Shown in pieces: positions 49,780 to 58,349 of a DNA stretch of 64,000 bases. The stretch lies in contig JBGSJJ010000004.1 in the NCBI GenBank assembly GCA_041742075.1, positions 35,900-99,899 on the forward strand, in the 5' to 3' direction. A model generated the notes under the pieces. It did not search any database. It saw only the letters and a list, made by a program, of their open reading frames with translations, and had not been told where the DNA came from. The translations under genes were made by a program, and so were the position numbers. Origin of the DNA: Minisyncoccia bacterium (lineage in GTDB: Bacteria > Patescibacteriota > Minisyncoccia > Phycocordibacterales > UBA918). The number at the start of each line of letters is the position of its first letter. The stretch's first letter is position 1.

Positions 49780-50097
49780 CTAAAAAACGGTGTGGTCAGG
49801 CACAGTCGGAGGATAGTCAGCTACCATTTTTTCCAGCCAAAGCCTGGCTACGTGTAACTCACCTTGAAGTAGTTCGCCTCTCGTTATCTCAGTGGTAGTA
49901 AGTACGACCTCGTTTGTGGCACGCCGGAGGTTTTCTGGTACCGAATATCGACAGAAGAAGGCTACAAATATGCCGTCTTTACGGCGCCTCAGTACCTGGC
50001 GGACCTGCCAGCTTTTTCCTACAGCACCTTGCCATAAATGACCAGTGTAAAGATGGGCGTCTCGTAGAGTCGACTCAAAGAAGTAGCCGTCATCCAT
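49780..50097 (-). CDS. Orphan hypothetical protein
   Basis: SD aaagga; 105-aa ORF. Confidence 0.5.
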   Translation of the reverse strand: MDDGYFFESTLRDAHLYTGHLWQGAVGKSWQVRQVLRRRKDGIFVAFFCRYSVPENLRRATNEVVLTTTEITRGELLQGELHVARLWLEKMVADYPPTVPDHTVF

Positions 50098-50294
50098 GAC
50101 GTTGTGTCCTTTTTAAATGAACCCCTAAAAACTAACAGTACGTGAAAGTAAGGTAATTAACAAGTTAGTTTGTAACATAAACCAGGGTCTGGTTGAATAT
50201 CACACCAAAAAGTAGTATAATGCGTCAACAAAATAAGGTATTTTGACCCAATCGGCACCAATGTGTAAAGCAGTTTCCACATTGTTCCTCATTT

Positions 50295-50366
50295 GCACCC
50301 GTGGTGAAGTGGATATCATTACTGTCTTCGGAACAGTCGTCCTAGGTTCGAGTCCTGGCGGGTGCA
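50295..50366 (+). tRNA. tRNA-Arg(TCG)
   Basis: GCACCCG/CGGGTGC acceptor, ACTGT-CTTCGGA-ACAGT anticodon arm, TTCGAGT loop. Confidence 0.93.
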
Positions 50367-50530
50367 CAAACGGCCGGCCTGAAAGCAATAGCTATCAGGC
50401 CGTTTGCCGTTTGTAGCACCCGCCAGGACTCGAACGGCGGAGTCGGGGACCCTTTGGGCCGACGAGCCGCGTCCAGCGTTCTTAGTGAGCAAAGCGAACT
50501 TAGAAAAAGCGGGACAAGTCCTGGCGGGTA
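50367..50530 (+). repeat. tRNA-Arg 3' fold-back element
   Basis: Antisense GCACCCGCCAGGACTCGAAC, CGCGTCCAGCG module, sense AGTCCTGGCGGGT. Confidence 0.85.
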
Positions 50531-50586
50531 AGAAACCACTAACTATTTAATGGAGACTTGGATTGAAATGTTACACTTAAGTTACT

Positions 50587-51060
50587 ATGACAGATTCACA
50601 TTTCACTGAACAACTCATTAAAGGTAAGATTGCTGAAATCATTTTTGCCCAAATGGTACGCAGTACTGGGGCGTATGCTGTACTAGAGTTTGGCTATGAG
50701 AAAACATTGCCCGAACTTGCCCACCTGCACCCAAAAGGTAAAGGAACAGCGGAGACAATTGAAATCATTAAGCGAGCGCCTGATTTCACTATAATTAACC
50801 ACAAAACTAAGGAGGTTCACTTGGTTGAAGTTAAGTTCATGTCTACGTTATCGAACTCTGCAGTTTTGCGTACAGCGCGAACAATTCAACAGTCATGGAA
50901 GAGCGCAGCCCTTTTTCTAGTCACTCCGACTGGCTTTTATTTTGATACAACCGCTAATATCATTGCATCCAAAGGGGCAATTAAGGCCTTTAAGCACAAA
51001 CGGATTCCGGCAAAAACACAAGCAAAGTATATAGAAGTACTTTCGAAGTTCATTCACTAA
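50587..51060 (+). CDS. PD-(D/E)xK nuclease-like protein
   Basis: E..PDFTII...LVEVK catalytic pattern. Confidence 0.7.
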   Translation: MTDSHFTEQLIKGKIAEIIFAQMVRSTGAYAVLEFGYEKTLPELAHLHPKGKGTAETIEIIKRAPDFTIINHKTKEVHLVEVKFMSTLSNSAVLRTARTIQQSWKSAALFLVTPTGFYFDTTANIIASKGAIKAFKHKRIPAKTQAKYIEVLSKFIH

Positions 51061-51150
51061 AACTCTGCAACTCTAGCTTTAAGTCTAACTGTAGGTATTT
51101 AATGTATCCATAAACTGAACCCATGATATAGTATTTAAAATACTAGTCTT

Positions 51151-51819
51151 ATGGTTCGGAATGAGAAAAAGCTCGATTTAGCAACACATTATCGCAAACG
51201 TGGTTATTCGTATAGTGAAATAGCGAGTATTGTCGGGGTTAGTAAGAGTACCGTTAGTGCGTGGTTATCTAAAAAAACCTTTTCTAAGAAGATTCGAACG
51301 GAAAATGTTGAACGAGCTGGCAGGGCAAATGCAAAGCGTCTCTCGCTTATGAACAAGGCGAGGCAGAAAGATCGCGTGCGAAGCTATGAAACTGCGCTTA
51401 AGGTCGCTGATACCGAATTCCGCCACTACCGGCATAATCCCCTCTTTATGGCCGGCCTGATGCTGTATATGGCTGATGGCGACTGTACGAAGACGACCAC
51501 CATTCGTCTTTCAACTACCAATATCCCGGTGCACGCCATCTTCAGGCGCTTTGTTAAGCAATTCTTAACAGCGGAAACTAGAGACGTGCGTTTCTGGCTT
51601 TTACTCTATACGCACCAGTCTGAATCAGTTTGCGTACGAACCTGGGCCAAAGAATTGAAGCTGACTAAGGACCAGTGGTACAAAAACCAGCAAATTGAAA
51701 GCCGAAGTAGCAAAGAAACGTTGCATTTTGGCGTTGGTAATACTATAATCGGCAGTACTCTTTTGAAGAAAAAGTTGCTCTATTGGATAGAAATAGCAAC
51801 GAAAGAGTTAAAAAAATAA
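51151..51819 (+). CDS. HTH + LAGLIDADG-like domain protein
   Basis: GYSYSEIASIVGVSKSTVSAWL HTH; FMAGLMLYMADGD; ends 4 nt before tRNA-Gly. Confidence 0.6.
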   Translation: MVRNEKKLDLATHYRKRGYSYSEIASIVGVSKSTVSAWLSKKTFSKKIRTENVERAGRANAKRLSLMNKARQKDRVRSYETALKVADTEFRHYRHNPLFMAGLMLYMADGDCTKTTTIRLSTTNIPVHAIFRRFVKQFLTAETRDVRFWLLLYTHQSESVCVRTWAKELKLTKDQWYKNQQIESRSSKETLHFGVGNTIIGSTLLKKKLLYWIEIATKELKK

Positions 51820-51823
51820 AAAT

Positions 51824-51894
51824 GCGGCCATGGTTAAGTGGTATAACGAGTCCTTGCCAAGGATTAGTCGGGGTTTCGATTACCCCTGGCCGCA
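51824..51894 (+). tRNA. tRNA-Gly(GCC)
   Basis: GCGGCCA/TGGCCGC acceptor, AGTCC-TTGCCAA-GGATT anticodon arm. Confidence 0.94.
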
Positions 51895-52138
51895 CACATA
51901 TTTTCAGCAAAAAAGTCCCCAATCGGGGATTTTTTGCTTTGAAAATAGTGTGCGGCCAGAGCAACCTGCTGGGAGCAGGTTGCGTGGGTAATCGAAAAAG
52001 CTTTTGAGATAAATTATGAGTTTTCGAAATAATTTATCCAAAAGGTGTACTGCTCCTGTAAGGAGGCGAATTTACCCCTGGCAATAATGAACGTAGTGAG
52101 AAATTCTACCTAGGATTCCGGGGATCATTACCCCAGGG
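51895..52138 (+). repeat. tRNA-Gly 3' fold-back element
   Basis: Interrupted antisense copy, shared module, two sense fragments TTACCCC. Confidence 0.8.
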
Positions 52139-52147
52139 ACATAATCC

Positions 52148-52447
52148 TTAATTCCCCTCCCCCGCCAATTCTTCAATGCGCGACAATAAACCATCAAGTT
52201 CAGATTGCTCAGCTATATCTATGCTGTAATCAGGATCTGTATCTTTAAGCTTGCCATAGCCAGCACTCATCCCGCTTGTAATCCAAGCCTTAGCTAAGTC
52301 GTTATGAGATAAACTCAAGTCCTTAGCCTTATTCCAGTGGTTCATGATAGCTACTTGGAGGGCAAACTCTTTCATGCTGTGGACGCCTTCAGTAATGATT
52401 TGCCGTGCGTGCTCAGGCTCAATCGGTGATTCCATATTCATATACAC
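52148..52447 (-). CDS. Hypothetical protein
   Basis: 99-aa ORF with plausible composition. Confidence 0.55.
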   Translation of the reverse strand: MYMNMESPIEPEHARQIITEGVHSMKEFALQVAIMNHWNKAKDLSLSHNDLAKAWITSGMSAGYGKLKDTDPDYSIDIAEQSELDGLLSRIEELAGEGN

Positions 52448-52646
52448 GTATCATAACCCATCCACCCTATTCATAACTAAAATAGTTTTCCCCACAGTCG
52501 CATAGAAATTGCTTCTTTTATGAAAAGTGCATAAGTCAGTGGACAGGTGGATAAAGGACTGTCTGATAAAAAGTCTATACTAGGCATTTTACGGCCCAAA
52601 ATATAGTTAATTGTGTCTTTAAGGCATCTATAATAGAAATTCACTA

Positions 52647-53177
52647 CGTTTCACGTGGCACATAATACTGTTACACGTGAAATGAGGCATTCTTACAGAG
52701 GTTACAGTACTTGCTATACTTAAGAGAATGGCGAGTAAGCAAAGAAATAAGGATATTGGTAAGATCGGCGAAAGCATTGCTGCTGAATTTCTTAGAAACA
52801 AAGGTTTGGTTATACTTGAGATGAATTACCTAAAAAGCTTCGGAGAGATAGATATTGTTGCACGTGGAACTAAGGGGATTCATTTTGTCGAAGTAAAGAC
52901 AGTTACACATGAAACCAAAGCAGACTTGGAACACGCAGTTACACATGAAACGTGGCGACCAGAGGAGATGGTCCATTCCCACAAACTTCATCAAATAGCT
53001 AAGGCAATAGAGGCTTGGCAAATGGAGCATAGTTACACGGGAAACCTTCAAATTGACGTAGTAGCCGTTAGACTAGTGCCACGTGAAACATATTCAGTGA
53101 TAAACTACGTTGAGAACGTCATAATTGACTAGACTTTGTTTCATATGGAACAGAGGCTGGCCGCTTCATATGAAACG
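52647..53177. promoter_or_regulatory. Cluster of nine parS-like 16-mers
   Basis: Matches to TGTTNCACGTGAAACA at 52647, 52669, 52856, 52901, 52937, 53031, 53075, 53137, 53162. Confidence 0.8.
52728..53132 (+). CDS. yraN: YraN family (UPF0102) nuclease
   Basis: GKIGESIAAEFL, GEIDIVA, HFVEVKT. Confidence 0.92.
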   Translation: MASKQRNKDIGKIGESIAAEFLRNKGLVILEMNYLKSFGEIDIVARGTKGIHFVEVKTVTHETKADLEHAVTHETWRPEEMVHSHKLHQIAKAIEAWQMEHSYTGNLQIDVVAVRLVPRETYSVINYVENVIID

Positions 53178-53239
53178 AAGTATTAAAAGCTTAAATTAGC
53201 AAAATATCCCTTAAAGGACATAGCTGTCCTTTATAACAA

Positions 53240-53629
53240 CTAAAACTTCTTAAGTATTTCCTCAACGGAAGATACCCAGGTAATGGCAGGGTGGTAGTGG
53301 AACATGGCAAGAGCTTTGTTGCCTTCATCGACAGCAAAAATCTGTATTTTATGTTCCTTTTCCCAGGTAGCGAGGGCAGCACCTAATTCAGCAAATACAC
53401 CATTTCCATCAGCGTGAGAAAGCAATATATAGACATCTGAATCAGTCACCCCGCGTACTGCCTGTTCAGCAAATTTTTCAGCCTCGGCAGTGTTTTCTTT
53501 AGATGGCTTTACCATCGGCAGGGCGGTCCAGTGAAACGTAACATTGTGCCCGAGAGCAAGAATGGCTTGAAAAACGCGCTCTACCTCATCTGAATTGGTC
53601 GATCGACCGGTAACAAAAAATTTCATATT
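53240..53629 (-). CDS. Nucleoside 2-deoxyribosyltransferase-like protein
   Basis: GVTDSDVYILL, GVFAELGAALA, MFHYHP. Confidence 0.65.
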   Translation of the reverse strand, partial: NMKFFVTGRSTNSDEVERVFQAILALGHNVTFHWTALPMVKPSKENTAEAEKFAEQAVRGVTDSDVYILLSHADGNGVFAELGAALATWEKEHKIQIFAVDEGNKALAMFHYHPAITWVSSVEEILKKF

Positions 53630-53729
53630 ATTAAAGTGTATCACAGCCGATTGTGGTAATTATGTAACTATATGCTATGATTTGTCGCACTAAGAGGGGA
53701 TTATCTTGTTAATCAACTTAGTAAAGTAT

Positions 53730-54002
53730 GTTTTCAATCGGGGTGTAAGCATAGCTTTCACCCCAGAATTCGAAGAAAAGATTCGCAAGCAAGTTTGTAG
53801 TCAGCCTTCTCGTTCGGGGTGTATGTATTCGCATACGTCACCCGATTGGCTGTAAGCAAAGCTTGCACCCTCTCATTGTTCGGTCATACCGTACAGCAAG
53901 CTAAGCTTGCTACAAGCACCGGCGCGATTGAAAATCAAAGCTAGCTTTTATTTTCAATCGCGCCGCTACTTGAACTCAAGTACGGTACGACACTCACTTC
54001 TT
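53730..54002 (+). repeat. Structured region with copies of the tRNA-Pro 5' end
   Basis: TCGGGGTGTA at ~53738 and ~53814, same as the tRNA start; nested hairpins. Confidence 0.65.
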
Positions 54003-54073
54003 CGGGGTGTAGCATAGTGGTAGTGTACGCGGTTTGGGACCGTGTGGTCCGGGTTCGATTCCCGGCTCCCCGA
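54003..54073 (+). tRNA. tRNA-Pro(TGG)
   Basis: CGCGG-TTTGGGA-CCGTG anticodon arm, TTCGATT loop; acceptor has a U6:U67 mismatch. Confidence 0.92.
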
Positions 54074-54345
54074 CAAATACAAACAGCGAGACCTTCTTGG
54101 TCTCGCTGTTTGTATTTTCGGCGAGGGAATCGAAGCCCGATTGAGCTATTTTATGAGGTAACGAAATAAAATAGCCAATTGGGGTACTGAAACTGTAAGT
54201 TTCGATTCCCGGCTCCCCAACAAATATAAAAGGCTGGCAAATGCCAGCCTTTTATATTTGTTGGGGAGAGCAAGCAAACTGCTTTGCTTGCGTCCGGAAT
54301 CGAAAGCCGCAGTGATGTGAGCTTGCGAACGAACGAGATGTGGTT
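54074..54345 (+). repeat. tRNA-Pro 3' fold-back element (two rounds)
   Basis: Antisense, module, sense TTCGATTCCCGGCTCCCC (54201), then interrupted antisense. Confidence 0.85.
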
Positions 54346-54445
54346 AGTTTATGTAATTTGTGATTGATTCCTGCTCAAAAGTATTGCAAAACCACAAAAG
54401 TGTAGTATAGTTTTAATTGGATAAACACATGACAGGGAGGTCATC

Positions 54446-54757
54446 ATGTCAGTCAATGAGTTTAGAAAACAAAGAATCATCGTCCAGCCGGAGAAATTCG
54501 TCGTGAAGGGTCCTGGTGGGGAAACCTACCAACTCGAGCCTGCCCGGTTGAGCGACCGCAAGGTGATCAATTTTCTTAAGGCTGTGTACGAGCCTGGCAA
54601 GCTGTCAGGCTCGGTCACCATCGAAGGTGATAAACGGGTTGAACTTTATCGCTGGTTTGGCGATGAAGTGATCTACAGCGCGCGCAATTTTCCAGATACA
54701 CCCTGGCAAGGCCTCCGTCATCTCGAGGTGCCAGGTGCACAAGTGACGAGACTGTAA
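54446..54757 (+). CDS. Orphan hypothetical protein
   Basis: Own promoter (TTGCAA..TAGTAT), SD gggagg, terminator 54771-54800. Confidence 0.65.
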   Translation: MSVNEFRKQRIIVQPEKFVVKGPGGETYQLEPARLSDRKVINFLKAVYEPGKLSGSVTIEGDKRVELYRWFGDEVIYSARNFPDTPWQGLRHLEVPGAQVTRL

Positions 54758-54827
54758 GGCCTCCAGTAAACACCCGACCGAAGTACGCTTCGGTCGGGTG
54801 CAAATTTTTTATGCTACACTTGCTGGC

Positions 54828-55259
54828 ATGTTAGAGCGCCAAGAAGAACACTTTATTGGCAAGATTGCCCAAAAAGCGATTATTATAAATGATAATCAAG
54901 TCCTCCTCGTACGTGACGGAAGAATGTCTGAAGAAATTTGGGAGTTACCAGGCGGTCGTTTGAATGTGGGCGAAGAAGCACGCTCTGGTTTAGCACGAGA
55001 ACTGAAAGAAGAACTTGGGGTGAATTTTACAATCCACGAGGTGGTTCACATGGAACAGTTTAAACAGGGAAGCGAAGGTACTATTGCGTTTATGATTGCC
55101 TACCAGGCAACCATGGAGAATCCTGAAAGTGTCTTTGAGCCGGACCCAACTGAAGTGGCAGAACTGAAATGGGTGAGTAGGGAAGGGCTTGAGACGATGG
55201 TAATCTTTCCTGAGCATCGGCGGGCACTAGAGGTTTTTTATTCGCAATCACCTATATAA
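54828..55259 (+). CDS. NUDIX hydrolase
   Basis: WELPGGRLNVGEEARSGLARELKEELG Nudix box. Confidence 0.92.
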   Translation: MLERQEEHFIGKIAQKAIIINDNQVLLVRDGRMSEEIWELPGGRLNVGEEARSGLARELKEELGVNFTIHEVVHMEQFKQGSEGTIAFMIAYQATMENPESVFEPDPTEVAELKWVSREGLETMVIFPEHRRALEVFYSQSPI

Positions 55260-55262
55260 ATT

Positions 55263-56186
55263 ATGATTACCTATTACTTTCGCACCCTGAAAGATGATTC
55301 CCTTAAAACCGTTACTGACATTCGGACTGGTGTTTGGGTGCATGCGGTTTCTCCAACTGATGAAGAGGTAGCGAAGCTCGTGGCTGACTTTGCGCTTGAT
55401 GCGGACATTTTGCGCGACGCGCGGGACTTCTTTGAAGTCCCGCGCCTCGAGCGTGCTGGTACACTTACCTACTTCTTTACCCGCTACCCGTTTGACGACA
55501 AGCAAGAAGACAGCGACACTGCACCTCTGCTTATGGTGATGGGGGAGTCGTTTGTGCTGACGCTCGCAGTGCGCGATGTCCCGCAGTTTACAAAGATTTT
55601 TGATGGTTCGTTTGTGGTGCATACAACCCAGAAGGCTAAGTTTTTTATCCAGATTATGGATTTACTCACAAGGGCGTTTGATAGTGAGCTCGTTCGACTC
55701 AGGAAGGGTGTGCAAAAAGATCGCGCACGGCTCAGGCGAATTGGGCCACGGGAGATTGAGCGTTTGGTAGAATACGAAACACAGCTCAATAGCATGGTGG
55801 ATGCGCTTATACCGACCAACAGCTGGCTTCAGCAGGTGACAACGGGAAACATCATGCAACTCTATAGCGATGATGTGGCCTTAATGGAGGACTTACTCAT
55901 TGCGAACAATCAGGTGGTGAACTCAGCGCGTTCGGTACTCAAGACGATTCAAAACGTGCGCGGGGCCAGTGAAGCGATTATGACAAGTCGTCTCAACAAT
56001 GCCCTTAAGGTACTCACGGTCCTCACTATTCTTCTAACGGTACCGCTTGTTGTTGCTTCACTGTATGGCATGAACGTGCCACTGCCGGGACAAACCAGCC
56101 CGTGGGCGTTTCCGGTGATTGTGTTGGTTGTCTGTGTGATTATGGGCGGGCTTACACGTTACTTCCAGAAGAAAAATTGGTTTTAG
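55263..56186 (+). CDS. corA: CorA family Mg2+ transporter
   Basis: YGMN signature with two C-terminal TMs. Confidence 0.92.
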   Translation: MITYYFRTLKDDSLKTVTDIRTGVWVHAVSPTDEEVAKLVADFALDADILRDARDFFEVPRLERAGTLTYFFTRYPFDDKQEDSDTAPLLMVMGESFVLTLAVRDVPQFTKIFDGSFVVHTTQKAKFFIQIMDLLTRAFDSELVRLRKGVQKDRARLRRIGPREIERLVEYETQLNSMVDALIPTNSWLQQVTTGNIMQLYSDDVALMEDLLIANNQVVNSARSVLKTIQNVRGASEAIMTSRLNNALKVLTVLTILLTVPLVVASLYGMNVPLPGQTSPWAFPVIVLVVCVIMGGLTRYFQKKNWF

Positions 56187-56308
56187 GCACCCCTCATTTT
56201 TGACACACTACTTTGTTGCACTTCGGCATCTGTCGCTCATCGTATATCAATACGTTTCGCTCCCGCTACCTCGTGCGCCTCGTATTGTATCCAAAAATGA
56301 GGAGCACC
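56186..56308. repeat. Long bulged palindromic element (family B, copy 2)
   Basis: cctcattttt/aaaaatgagg outer stem; blocks shared with 27775-27891. Confidence 0.6.
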
Positions 56309-56342
56309 AGCTGAAATAATTATGAAATACTAGTAGGTATCT

Positions 56343-56948
56343 ATGAAACAAGTTTTATTTATTCACGGCGGTTCAGCCTACACAGAATACGATGCCTTTC
56401 TTCAGCACCTAAAGACAAGTGAACTTCGGAATCCAACCAGTGACCGGCCGGTGCGGTGGAGCGACACCCTTCGCTTGGCACTCGGTCATGAGTATGAGGT
56501 GTTTACACCAAGCATGCCAAATAAAGACAATGCCAAGTATGAGGAATGGAAGATTTGGTTTGAGCGACATTTTGAGTTTCTACAAGATACGGCAGTTCTC
56601 ATTGGCTGGTCACAGGGTGGGTGGTTTTTGTCTAAGTACCTGATTGAAAATAGCACACCGTTTACCATCAAGGCGCTATTTCTTGTAGCGGGACCGTTTG
56701 AGTCTGAGGATTTTGGTGGTGAAGATGGTGGTGATTTTGTGTTTGATACTACCAGAGTAGGGGAGTTGTCAGGGAAAGCAAAGCGGATTTTTATTATGCA
56801 TTCACAGGATGACTTTGTGGTGCCGTATGCTCACGCGCTCAAGTATAAAAACGCACTTACAGATGCTGAATTGGTGACCTTTACCGACCGGAACCATTTT
56901 TTACAACCAGAGTTTCCGGAATTGATTAGGATGATTGCATCTCTCTAA
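56343..56948 (+). CDS. RBBP9/YdeN-like alpha/beta hydrolase
   Basis: FIHGG, GWSQG nucleophile elbow, HSQDDFVVP, NHF. Confidence 0.88.
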   Translation: MKQVLFIHGGSAYTEYDAFLQHLKTSELRNPTSDRPVRWSDTLRLALGHEYEVFTPSMPNKDNAKYEEWKIWFERHFEFLQDTAVLIGWSQGGWFLSKYLIENSTPFTIKALFLVAGPFESEDFGGEDGGDFVFDTTRVGELSGKAKRIFIMHSQDDFVVPYAHALKYKNALTDAELVTFTDRNHFLQPEFPELIRMIASL

Positions 56949-56986
56949 AAAAGAAGCACCCCACCAGCAAGCTGGCGGGGTGGAGG

Positions 56987-57598
56987 TCAGTTGATGGCTT
57001 TGGCCATAACCATGAGCTCATCAGTTGTCGCTTCGTTCTTGAACAAACCAAGTGCTTTCTGCTCGGCAATGAGCCGGCCGGCGAGCTTTACAAGCCCAGA
57101 AGGGATAAATGGGTCAAGTCTTCGAGGGGAGCGCACGTTTAGTGTGTGCAGGGTGAGGATGTTCTGATAGTAGCCGACTGCTGCCTCCTCACCCTCCGAA
57201 CCGATGAAGCCGACGTGGTACGCCATCCCGACTAAGGAGCGCAGGTAGCGAGGGGTTACCATCCCCTGAAAATCACGCCCGGAAGCGACCCGGTACAGTT
57301 CGCAGTGGACAATCTCATGAAGAGTTCGTTTTGTCTCCCACAACTTTGCATGCCGCCAAACCCGCTCCTCGTGCTTCAGGTGAAACTCGCTTTCGATACT
57401 TTCGCCCAAGTAAATAGGGTTCCCGGAGGAATAGTCGTGGTAGATGTCCATAAAGCATTTATTAACACTGTCCCTTTGTGCGGCTGAAAAGAATCGGTCG
57501 ACGATGAACGCGCACAATGGCGTAGACATCACGACTGCGCAAGCCATGACATCACCGAGCGTTTCATCAATCTCATCATTGTCTTTGGTTTGAGTCAT
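56987..57598 (-). CDS. Orphan hypothetical protein
   Basis: SD ggag before MTQTKD; terminator downstream. Confidence 0.55.
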   Translation of the reverse strand: MTQTKDNDEIDETLGDVMACAVVMSTPLCAFIVDRFFSAAQRDSVNKCFMDIYHDYSSGNPIYLGESIESEFHLKHEERVWRHAKLWETKRTLHEIVHCELYRVASGRDFQGMVTPRYLRSLVGMAYHVGFIGSEGEEAAVGYYQNILTLHTLNVRSPRRLDPFIPSGLVKLAGRLIAEQKALGLFKNEATTDELMVMAKAIN

Positions 57599-57757
57599 AG
57601 GAGCAGGTCTCCAGTTGGGTGTACAAGCTGTCCGTACAGTAAAGTACTTTTTGGCACTTGTCAATATTTTACAGTAGTTTTAGTTCCACTCTCTATCCCT
57701 GTGGATAACTTGAAAGAAAATGCTATTTAGAGCGTCTACATATATAATGGTTCTTAC

Positions 57758-58348
57758 ATGGCTGTTGCAAGCAAACCAAACAACATACCAAAGGACCACG
57801 AAGAGCGTTTTTTGAAGGCTTTCGATGAGTATAGCGACGCCCTCTTTCGTCACGCGTTTTTGCGCATAAATGACCGAGAGCGGGCAGTTGACGTGGTACA
57901 TGATGCGTTTGCCAAGGTTTGGACCTACGTCCGGGCCGGGCACGAAATCAAGTCCTACCGACCATTTCTCTATAAAGTGCTCAATAACCTCATTATTGAT
58001 GAATACCGCAAGACCAAAGAAGCCTCACTTGATGCGCTTCTTGAGATTGACGGGATTGATGAAGGGACATTTGCTGAGCTCCAAGAAGATGGCGTTGACT
58101 CAATGATCGCTAATCTTGATGGGCAAAAAGCCTTTGATCTTCTATCAGAGCTACCCGACGTATATCGAGAAGTACTCATCTTACGTTTCGTCGATGAACT
58201 CGGTCCTAAAGAAATGAGCGAACTCATCGAAGAAACAGAAAATGTCATCTCGGTCCGCTTGCACCGTGGGCTTAAGCTCCTCCAGGCGCTGGTTGAAAAA
58301 GCTGAAAGCACCGCTACTGGCAAACGCGCCAAACCAAAAACCACCTAA
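57758..58348 (+). CDS. ECF-type RNA polymerase sigma factor
   Basis: DVVHDAFAKVW, FLYKVLNNLIIDEYRK, region 4 VISVRLHRG. Confidence 0.93.
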   Translation: MAVASKPNNIPKDHEERFLKAFDEYSDALFRHAFLRINDRERAVDVVHDAFAKVWTYVRAGHEIKSYRPFLYKVLNNLIIDEYRKTKEASLDALLEIDGIDEGTFAELQEDGVDSMIANLDGQKAFDLLSELPDVYREVLILRFVDELGPKEMSELIEETENVISVRLHRGLKLLQALVEKAESTATGKRAKPKTT

Positions 58349-58349
58349 C

